A stretch of DNA of 64,000 nucleotides, taken from positions 992,001 through 1,056,000 of the forward strand of contig JBMNFY010000017.1 of assembly GCA_050949565.1 (NCBI GenBank). The letters run 5' to 3'. Shown one piece after another: positions 49,228-57,553 of this stretch; position 1 is the stretch's first letter; every line of letters starts with the position of its first letter. This stretch comes from Kiritimatiellia bacterium. Its GTDB lineage: Bacteria > Verrucomicrobiota > Kiritimatiellia > RFP12 > UBA1067. The notes under the pieces were generated by a model, which saw nothing but the letters and a program-made list of their open reading frames with translations, did not search any database and was not told where the DNA came from. A program made the translations under genes and the position numbers.

Positions 49228-50052
49228 ATGACTAACTTGCTCCAGATGATCGAGGCGACCGCCGCGCGCGGCGCGGATGGGCTCGTCGGCACGGCGCGTG
49301 AGGAGTTAAGCCGCGCGTTGTATGCGTTACGGCGCGACGACGGCGGTTTCGCGGGATTGGACGGCCGTTCCGATCCTTACTACACGCTTTTCGCCTGGTT
49401 CGGGTTACGCGCACTCGGCGCATCTTATGATCGCGACCGCCTGTGTGCGTACATGGCAACGCACCGGCATGCGGCGCACGCCATTGACGCACAATGCGCC
49501 GCGTTGCTTATGGCCTGCGAGGGCCGGAGCCCGCATGCAACACAGTGGTCGCTTATCCAGTCGTTGTTGCGCGGCGATGCGCACGGCGGGGCTTACGCTC
49601 TCTTTTTACGATGTCTCGCGGTGCGGCGCATACCACGTTGGGCCGCGCGCGCGGCATGGTGGCATCAACGGCGTCTCTTTCAGGCAGACCGCGCCTCACG
49701 CCTCCCCACACCACAACTGGCCGCTGGCCTTGTTCTGGCCGCGCTAGCCGGAGCGGAAGCACTCGACCTCGTCAGTGCGCTGGCAGGCCGACAGTGCGCG
49801 AACGGCGGATTCGTCTCCGCCCCCAACGCACCGGCCGACCTGCTCGCCACAGCGGTGGCGCGATTCGCACTAGGACTCTCCGCCAATGCAGACAAGGCAC
49901 CCTGCCTTAGAGCAACACAGGCGCAGGACCTGACCTTTATCGAGGCGTGCTGGCTGGACGACGGCCTGTTCGGCGCGTCACCCGCCGCCGCACACGGCGA
50001 CGCTGAGCACACATTCTATGGCCTACTCGCGCTGGGCGCAGCAATCGGTTAG
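49228..50052 (+). CDS. Prenyltransferase/squalene-cyclase repeat protein
   Basis: DGGFAG..GRSD.YYT.F, Q..NGGF..DLLAT and DG.F..D.EHTFYGLLALG motifs. The stop codon is supplied by the MITE TIR. Confidence 0.75.
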   Translation: MTNLLQMIEATAARGADGLVGTAREELSRALYALRRDDGGFAGLDGRSDPYYTLFAWFGLRALGASYDRDRLCAYMATHRHAAHAIDAQCAALLMACEGRSPHATQWSLIQSLLRGDAHGGAYALFLRCLAVRRIPRWAARAAWWHQRRLFQADRASRLPTPQLAAGLVLAALAGAEALDLVSALAGRQCANGGFVSAPNAPADLLATAVARFALGLSANADKAPCLRATQAQDLTFIEACWLDDGLFGASPAAAHGDAEHTFYGLLALGAAIG

Positions 50053-50527
50053 CGACAGGGGATATGCGAGTTTAGTGCGTGTTTTGTGTGTGCGCAGCTG
50101 AGATCGCGGGCGTCCCCGCCCGCGGAAAGTTGAGCGTTGAAAGTTTTTTAACGCAGAGAGCTTTTACGGGGCGGCGGCGTGACCGCCGCAGGGAGGGGCA
50201 AGCGTCTGCTTGCCCGCGGACGAGCAGACGCTCGTCCCTCCCGGTGCTCCGCAATGAACCTGAAATCATCCTTCCGCACAGCGGAATACGGCTCGTGGGG
50301 ACACTCGCCCTCCAAATCATGTCGTTTATGCGCCCGCGCAGCGAGAAATCAGGTCAGCCAGGTCAGTCAGGTCAAAAAATGAAACCATGGAACACGGGCA
50401 AGATGCCCGTGCCACACCCTTTTGCAAGACACGTTGTTGCGGGCGAGGACACCCGACTCCCGACTCTCTGCTCTCACTTTCGCCAGAAACGCACGCTCTT
50501 CGCACATCCCCTGTCGCTGACCGATTA
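50042..50527. mobile_element. MITE-like element (copy 3)
   Basis: CAATCGGTTAGCGACAGGGGATATGCGAG ... TTCGCACATCCCCTGTCGCTGACCGATTA. The interior is largely collinear with 290-758. Confidence 0.78.
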
Positions 50528-50537
50528 TCCAGGGGCA

Positions 50538-52907
50538 TTACTCAATCCGGGCGATCTCCAGTTTGTCGATGTAAACCGCCGCGTACGCCGGACTTTCGGC
50601 GTGTACCTTCTTGTCAAAGCGTCCGGGGCCGATCCAGAAGTAGTGGTCCGCCTCCGGCACCCACTCCGTCACGTTGTACCAGTGATACCCCTCGCCGACC
50701 GCCTCCACCGCGCGTGCACAGTCGCCGCAACTGCGCCGGTTCTTGGCGTCGTACACACCGCTCCAGAACGCCTCGCCCGTCTGGCCGGGTTTCTTCTCAA
50801 CCCGTACACGCATACGGATGCGGTAACGCGCGCCGGGATCGAACGCCACTTGGCTGAAGCGCAGCGTGGTGCACCACTCATAGTGCGTGTTGTTGAGCTT
50901 CATCGCCGAGCCGTCCTCGGCCAGCGGATCAGCTACCGTATCGCCCCACGTACCGCGATTGCCCAACGAAAGCGCGGTGTCTTCCACCGTCGCCGACGTC
51001 TTCACCTCCGCAGCAGGCGGCACGCCCGGCCCTGACAGAAACCGCCACGTTTCAAGTATACGCTCGTGCGACTCCGCGCCCTCGGAGAGGCGTTTGTTCT
51101 TCGCCTCGCCAAACCGCGTCAGCAGTTCCTTCGCCAACCGACGGTGTTCAGCCGGCACAGCATGCTGCATCGGGTCTGACGTGACCCAGACCTTCTTGGG
51201 CTCATGCGTCGGCAGACGTGCCAGACGCGCGGCCAACACCGGCACTGCACCCATGCGCACGTTGTAAAGATGCGCAGGCGAGTCCTGAACCGCTGCTTCA
51301 GCCTGCTGCCACAGTTTCTCGGCGCGCACGTAAAACTCATCCGGAATGATTGGGGCTTTCACGTCGTCAAAAATCCGCAGCGGCGCATTGGTCGTCACCC
51401 CATAAAAGCCGTGTACCTCATCGAAGTACTGCCGCACCTGCGGCGCAGCCGCGCCATAGTAACCCTCGAAGAAGGTCTTGAGCAGCGGCTCAGCCGGCAA
51501 CTCAGGATTCCACAACCACTTGGCGAGCAACCAGCCTTTCAACTCGGCAAAGTCTGCATGCCGCCCCTGATACGCGCCCTGTTCGAAGAGTCCGATCACA
51601 TGGTTGTCGCGGAAAAAGCGCACGTTTTCCTGTAGCGCGCGCACGTTGGGAAACGGCGCGATATAGAGGCGGAAATTGGTGGTGTAGTCCCAGATGAACA
51701 GCGTTTTAGAGATCGCGCTCCAACCGCGGATATCCTCAACGAAACTGCGGTTTTCTTTGAAATCGCTGACGGTGAGCGGTCGTGAGAAATCGCACTCGAT
51801 GGTGCAGAGACGCGGCACCACATTGCGGCGCGGCCGCACCGTCTTGGGCGGCTTGCGCGTATACTGGTAGGCAAGCGTCTCAATCCAGACATCGGGAAAC
51901 TCTTTTTCCACGGCCTCGGCCACCTGATTCACGAAGGTAATCAACGTGCCGGCATGTGAGCCTTCGCGCTCGTCGATCGCGCGGCAAGCCGGGCAGGTGC
52001 AAGGGTTGCGCCAATCGTTCTGGCTGACGCTGAAGAGCTTGGCTTTCGGATCCTTGCGGATGCGCGCCAGCAGACGCTCGGTGACAATCCGCAAAACATC
52101 CGGATGGGTCAGGCAGAGCTGCGTGTGATCCTTGATGCGGCGCCCATTGACCTCGCTGAAGTACTCTGGATGCTCTGCGAAAAACTCATCCGGTGGACAC
52201 AACACGTTGAAGGTATGGCAAAAGAGCCCGCCACCGAAGCGGAAGCTGTTGCCGCCGTGCCGTTCCTGCAAGCGCATGCTATTGCCGTTGGCCTTGTTGC
52301 GCGCCGCGAAATCACCGTTGAACAGATCAAACCAGAATGGCTCGCGCATCGCAAAGGCAGGCCGCTGAGTCTCATCGAGCGTCGGCACTTCCAATGTCTC
52401 GCGCGACGGAATGACGCTGTGCCACGAACTGAGCCAGCGGCAGCCGCCGAAGCGTTCGAGCACCTCGTACACGCCGTTTAGCGTGCCGCGTACCGGCCCG
52501 CCGAGAATCAGCAGATGCGGCGGCCGACACACCAGCCGGAATCCGTCCTCACCCAACGCCGCCACTTCCGCTGGGGCGCCGAGCGCCGCAGCCGTGTGGC
52601 GCGTGTCGCCGATCAGTACCGCGCGCTCCGGCAGCGGCCCCTCGTCGGTTACGATCGGTAACGTCACGCCAGTCAGTTGCGCCGTGAACCGCTGCAACTC
52701 CTCCGCCGCATACACCTGCGACGGCGATGACTGCGCCGGCCGCACCAACGTGACCGCAGCCGGTTCTCCGCGCCGCGCCAGCGTCACCGACTGCGCTACA
52801 AGGCCGAACGGCATCAGCAACGCGACGGACAGACACAGGCCAGCCTTTTTCAGCATACGCGTGATTGACGATAGAGATGTACGGGGACTTGTTCTTTTTT
52901 TAGACAT
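50538..52907 (-). CDS. DUF4838 domain protein (putative glycoside hydrolase)
   Basis: GH20/GH67-like N-domain (AAEELQ, GTLNGVY); HTF, HPEYF, QLCLT, SQND..C.C..C, TLAY and IWDY motifs. Confidence 0.85.
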   Translation of the reverse strand: MSKKRTSPRTSLSSITRMLKKAGLCLSVALLMPFGLVAQSVTLARRGEPAAVTLVRPAQSSPSQVYAAEELQRFTAQLTGVTLPIVTDEGPLPERAVLIGDTRHTAAALGAPAEVAALGEDGFRLVCRPPHLLILGGPVRGTLNGVYEVLERFGGCRWLSSWHSVIPSRETLEVPTLDETQRPAFAMREPFWFDLFNGDFAARNKANGNSMRLQERHGGNSFRFGGGLFCHTFNVLCPPDEFFAEHPEYFSEVNGRRIKDHTQLCLTHPDVLRIVTERLLARIRKDPKAKLFSVSQNDWRNPCTCPACRAIDEREGSHAGTLITFVNQVAEAVEKEFPDVWIETLAYQYTRKPPKTVRPRRNVVPRLCTIECDFSRPLTVSDFKENRSFVEDIRGWSAISKTLFIWDYTTNFRLYIAPFPNVRALQENVRFFRDNHVIGLFEQGAYQGRHADFAELKGWLLAKWLWNPELPAEPLLKTFFEGYYGAAAPQVRQYFDEVHGFYGVTTNAPLRIFDDVKAPIIPDEFYVRAEKLWQQAEAAVQDSPAHLYNVRMGAVPVLAARLARLPTHEPKKVWVTSDPMQHAVPAEHRRLAKELLTRFGEAKNKRLSEGAESHERILETWRFLSGPGVPPAAEVKTSATVEDTALSLGNRGTWGDTVADPLAEDGSAMKLNNTHYEWCTTLRFSQVAFDPGARYRIRMRVRVEKKPGQTGEAFWSGVYDAKNRRSCGDCARAVEAVGEGYHWYNVTEWVPEADHYFWIGPGRFDKKVHAESPAYAAVYIDKLEIARIE

Positions 52908-53056
52908 GATTTTGTGACCTCTATGCTTGTTGTACCGGAAGAGGTCAAGCGTCTGCTTGACCGGCGGCGTTAACGCTGCCCACAGAACCGGCTCGCGGCA
53001 CAAAGGGAAAAACTCCTAAATCCTAAATCCGTGCGCAGGCGCGGCGGAGCCGCGCG

Positions 53057-54058
53057 TCAGCACGGTGGCCGTCCTAGAGTCGCCTCGATGCGTTGCGCCA
53101 GCCGCCGCGCGAAATCATCCAACTTATCGCGCGTCCACGGCGTCACCACGATTTGCCGCGTATCGACAAGCAGCCGCTTGTCGCGCGCCTCGTTCTCTTC
53201 ACACGTCCAGAAGATCGGTTTGCCGAGACCGATCGCCAGCCCCGCATCGAAAAAGGCCGGTGGCGACTGACCGGTAAGATCCGCCACCACGATCGACGCA
53301 CGGCGCAGTTCCACAATCCGCTCATCCGTGATCTTGTTGGCGTATTCGCGGCTGTCGATGCGCACTGCTGCATAGCCCGCGGCTTGGAGACCCGCCGAAA
53401 GGCCCTGCGTCCAGAGCGCGTCCGCATCTTTGTCGAGCGTCAACGAGACCGCAGCCAGCGGCTGCTCCGGCTGCAAGTGCGCCGTGTCGAGCGCCGCCCA
53501 GCCGGCCGGCGTCAGGCGGTAGACCATGCCGCCACCGCCACCGCCGCGCTGAGGACGCGGCCCCCTGCCATCGCCACGCGGCGCGGACGCCACCTCTTCG
53601 ATCAGGCCGCGCTCAACGAGGTAGCGCAGGCAGAAGAGCAACTCCTGTCGGTTGGCGCAAAAGCCAACCGACAGATCATTTTGTGAGAGCGTCACGCTAT
53701 CCGCGAGCGTCCTAGAGCGTCGCCGCAGATAGCGCAACAGACTATCGCCCTTGGCCGCCACGTCGGTATCGCGCGGCACAGGCAGTTTGGCCGCCTTGTC
53801 CAGTTCCGCCCACGACTTGAAGAGATCGACCGTCACCAGCAACCGCTCGCCCAGAGTGTCCCAGGTGTTACGGCAGAGCCCCGAGAGCAGGTGCGTCGGC
53901 GGAAAAGCCGGCGGGCTGTTCATGAGCTGAGTCTCGGCCAGAGCCTGAATCTGATAGCGTCCGCAACGCTGACAGGTGATCTCGAAAGTATTGGCGCCGG
54001 CGCCCGAACGCTGTGCGTTCGGGGCGCGGCAAACCGGACAAGGCGAGCGGTTATCCAT
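53057..54058 (-). CDS. Zn-ribbon + winged-HTH + nucleoside 2-deoxyribosyltransferase/TIR-like domain protein
   Basis: CPVC and CQRCGRY; LRYLVERGLI...YRLTPAGW; ITDERIVELRRASIVVADLT...FFDAGLAIGLGKPIFWTC...DTRQ. Confidence 0.7.
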   Translation of the reverse strand: MDNRSPCPVCRAPNAQRSGAGANTFEITCQRCGRYQIQALAETQLMNSPPAFPPTHLLSGLCRNTWDTLGERLLVTVDLFKSWAELDKAAKLPVPRDTDVAAKGDSLLRYLRRRSRTLADSVTLSQNDLSVGFCANRQELLFCLRYLVERGLIEEVASAPRGDGRGPRPQRGGGGGGMVYRLTPAGWAALDTAHLQPEQPLAAVSLTLDKDADALWTQGLSAGLQAAGYAAVRIDSREYANKITDERIVELRRASIVVADLTGQSPPAFFDAGLAIGLGKPIFWTCEENEARDKRLLVDTRQIVVTPWTRDKLDDFARRLAQRIEATLGRPPC

Positions 54059-55290
54059 TCGTCTTTTCCCGGACGGCGGGCTTGAAGGCCACCGCCATCA
54101 GCACGGCCAGGACCAGCGCCATGGACCAGTGCGATCAGATACGGGGTCGTCCACACATGCTTACCGATGTTGGGACCTTCCGTGATCACGTTCTTCTTGA
54201 GAATCCCGTCAAACACAAAGTTCGAGAGGAAGGTGCCCAGACTGAACATAATCAAGCCGATGAAGCCCTGCGCTTGGCCGCGCAGATCGGCGGGTGCCGC
54301 CGCATCCACATACATCTGGCTACCGACGATCAGCATCCCGAAGATCAGCCCATGGATCAGGATACCGGCATAGTCGCAGATCTGCAGCCCGTTCGCCGCA
54401 CCCAGATAGAACATGACGTAGCGGAAGGCCAATGCCAGCAAGCCCAGCACCATGCCCCATTTGTAGCCCGCTTTCTTCAGGACAACCGGGATCATGAGCA
54501 TGAAGACCAGTTCCAGCACCTGCCCAAGGTTCATGACCCCCGTCAGATACTCGTAACCGCGCTCCTGCAGATAGGTGCTATTGTAGACGTTGTACCACTG
54601 GAACGGCACCATCGCCAACAGGATGAGCACCGAGAACACCAAAAAGTCCGGGCGCTTGAGCAACACCAACGCGCGCAGCCCCAGCGTATCGACCACTGAC
54701 ATCTTCTCGCCCTTGGCCGGCGGCGGGGTCGGCGGCAGGAAGAGCGCCAACACACCGGCCAGCACCGCAGCGATCGCGCCGGCCGCAAAGATGTGCGGGG
54801 TGGTGTCAAACTGCGCGATACCGAAAACCTTCGTTCCGATGACACTGAAGATCGCCGACGCAACCCAGCCCAGCGTGCCGAACACGCGAATCTGCGGGAA
54901 CGCCTCGGTCGTGCTGCTCCCCATCGCGATCGTGGCGGTCAGCGACCAAGTCGGCATGTAAAACACCATCACCAGCAGCAACGTCACGAACAGTGCCCCC
55001 GGCGTCTTGACCGTGTAAGCGTAAGCCAACAATATGGCCGTCGCGAAGTTACAGATCGCCAGCACCTTTTCGCTGTTCATCAACCGGTCGACGAACATAC
55101 CGAAAATCGGCGACGCCAACGCACCGAACCCCATAATCATGCCGCACAAAAGCGGCAGGATGCTACCTTCCGGCGCCATCTTAGTGATGTACGGAAACAT
55201 CGGGATGAACCAGACCGGAAGAATCATGTACTGCAAGAACATCATCGCGCTGAGTTTAACGCGCGTTCCCATCGGCATCGAATTCGACAT
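54051..55290 (-). CDS. MFS nucleoside:H+ symporter (NupG/XapB family), apparent +1 frameshift at ~54123
   Basis: LSAMMFLQY, YMPT, FPQIRVFGTLGW, GQVLE, IHG and YVD..AP..LRGQAQG motifs. Removing one C restores the final TM helix ALVMALVLAVLMAVAFKP..NG*, which ends at 54051. Confidence 0.88.
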
Positions 55291-55463
55291 ACTTACTCCC
55301 TTTTTACGGCACGGGCTCACCCCGTCCGCAGGATGGCGGACACTCGGCACAGGCTCCCCTCGGAGCCTCCCGCACGTCGTCCGTTCTTCAACCACATTAG
55401 CGTGCGTCTATTATCAACACGCCCGCATTGAAATGTCAACGAAAACCGTGTATTCTTTCCTAC

Positions 55464-56114
55464 ATGAAACTGCTAATTACCGCAGGTCCGACGCGCGAGC
55501 ATCTCGACCCCGTCCGTTTTCTCAGCAACCGGTCGTCCGGCAAAATGGGCTTTGCAGTCGCCCAGGCGGCGGTCGAGCGCGGCCACACCGTCACGCTCGT
55601 CGCCGGACCAGTCACACTGCCGACCCCCGAGCAGGTCTTCCGCGTCGACGTCGTGAGCGCGCTCGACATGCTGGCGGCCGTACGCCGTCTGCTCCCCTAC
55701 CAGCACGCACTGGTCATGTGCGCGGCCGTCGCCGACTGGCGACCGAAAAGCCAGAGCGATACCAAACTCAAGAAAACCGAGGTGCCGATAGAGGTCGCGC
55801 TGGAGCCCAATCCCGACATCCTCAAAACGATGCTTCCGCTCAAGGAGGACCGGATCTTCGTGGGCTTCGCCGCCGAAACCGGCGACCCGCTGGCCGAGGC
55901 GCAACGCAAACTGACCAGCAAGGGACTCGACCTGATCGTCGCGAACGACGTGACGCGCCCCGACGCCGGCTTCGAGGTGGATACCAACCTTGTCACCTTC
56001 CTCACCCCATCCGAGCCGCCCCGCGCCCTGCCGCTGCAAAGCAAGCTCGACATCGGCCGCGCCATCGTTGACTGGCTGGAACAGCGCGAACGCGCTGCGC
56101 CGAACATCACTTGA
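55464..56114 (+). CDS. coaB: Phosphopantothenate-cysteine ligase (stand-alone CoaB domain)
   Basis: [41 protein letters not shown] and DLIVANDV motifs. Confidence 0.92.
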   Translation: MKLLITAGPTREHLDPVRFLSNRSSGKMGFAVAQAAVERGHTVTLVAGPVTLPTPEQVFRVDVVSALDMLAAVRRLLPYQHALVMCAAVADWRPKSQSDTKLKKTEVPIEVALEPNPDILKTMLPLKEDRIFVGFAAETGDPLAEAQRKLTSKGLDLIVANDVTRPDAGFEVDTNLVTFLTPSEPPRALPLQSKLDIGRAIVDWLEQRERAAPNIT

Positions 56115-57537
56115 GGCTTTCCAGCATACGGAGCAACTGATCGATCATCTTGACCGATGCCTCGATCTCCAGTCGGCTGGTACCCAGCCAGGTTTCATAC
56201 CCGCCAAGTGCGTGCTGTTCCGGCGTCGGCAGATAGCCGAAATAGCCGTGCGCCAGCGAGACCGTAAAAGAGGGCTTGAACGGATTGCGCTTCTTCAGTT
56301 CCAGCCCGATCTCGCTGAACACCTCGTTGGGAAATGTCGTGATCCCGACATCGCCGATCCGAAACGCCTGCAACGCGAAGCGGGCACGCTCAGGCTGACT
56401 CTGCACGCCCATAGTACGGGCAGCGTAGATCTCTCCGAGCGTTTTGGGCTTGGCGTCCGGCTCGAGTTTGGCCAGCGTGTCTTTGGCCCACTGAAGTTGT
56501 TCCGGCGTGGGCCGACGGAAGGCCAGATCGATCTCCTCGAAAGCAGCGCCCAACGGCACCTGATCGCGCCATTCGATCGTTTGATAGGCAGCATGCACGG
56601 CTGCGGCTACATCGTACGCCACCTCACGCATGCGGGTGTACGGCGCATACCGCTCGCCCTGACGGGTGAAGTCGATGTTGTTGATGTTGCCGCTGGTACC
56701 GTTGCTCATGATCGCCAGAAACTCAGGCGACTGGCGTTCGGCGTCCAGCAACTCCCGCATGCGGGCGTCAAAGATGCCATAGTAATCGGCCGAGATATCC
56801 GCGCCACGCACACCGCCCACATAGTGCAGCGAATAGTTCGCGAACAGAGCGAGCGGCCGCCCTTCGCGCGACTGCACACCGAGAATGGCCACCTGGGGAT
56901 CGGTCGGCCCGGCCGGGCGAACCAGATCCTTGCTGCCGCGCGCCGGATTCATCTTGACCAGATCGTTGGTGTTGCCGAACGGGTTGACCGGCATCGTGCC
57001 GGGCTTGAGGAACCAGCGCCGACAGAAGACATGCTGCGGCACATCGGCGGTCGTCCAGCCGATCTTTGCCGGCTCGAGATTGTTGACCGCGCAGCGCACG
57101 GCATCGGCAACGCGGCGCGCCACAAACTGCTGGTAGGGACTCAGTTTGGCGGCGAGATCGTAGCGTTCGCCCAGCGCGCTACACGCCGAGTGCGTGTGCG
57201 TCGCAGAGACCAGCACATGCGACATCGGTATTTCCGTCGTCTCTTGAACCAGCCTGCGCGCCTCGTCGCACAGCGTGTGCGAAAGCCCCAGCAGGTCACA
57301 CACCACCAGCGCCACGCGCGTCGTCCCGCTCTCCAGCACCAGACACTTCGCCCACAGTTCATCATGTACATGCTTCGCCGGGAAAGGATGGAAGCCGCCG
57401 ATGATCGGCTCCCCCAGCGATGGCGTGATATTGCTCTTGGCAGCCCCCGCGCGGAACGGCACCTGCTCCGCAGCCTCAGCGAGCGGCGCGCATACCACGC
57501 AGACACCCGCGAACACAATCAGAAAACGCCTCAACAT
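56107..57537 (-). CDS. Neutral/alkaline ceramidase-like secreted protein
   Basis: AGAAKSNITP, VHDELWAK, SATHTHSA, SADYYG, GTSGNIN and GYLPT..GGYET motifs. Confidence 0.82.
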   Translation of the reverse strand: MLRRFLIVFAGVCVVCAPLAEAAEQVPFRAGAAKSNITPSLGEPIIGGFHPFPAKHVHDELWAKCLVLESGTTRVALVVCDLLGLSHTLCDEARRLVQETTEIPMSHVLVSATHTHSACSALGERYDLAAKLSPYQQFVARRVADAVRCAVNNLEPAKIGWTTADVPQHVFCRRWFLKPGTMPVNPFGNTNDLVKMNPARGSKDLVRPAGPTDPQVAILGVQSREGRPLALFANYSLHYVGGVRGADISADYYGIFDARMRELLDAERQSPEFLAIMSNGTSGNINNIDFTRQGERYAPYTRMREVAYDVAAAVHAAYQTIEWRDQVPLGAAFEEIDLAFRRPTPEQLQWAKDTLAKLEPDAKPKTLGEIYAARTMGVQSQPERARFALQAFRIGDVGITTFPNEVFSEIGLELKKRNPFKPSFTVSLAHGYFGYLPTPEQHALGGYETWLGTSRLEIEASVKMIDQLLRMLESLK

Positions 57538-57553
57538 ACTTCCTCCCTTTTTT

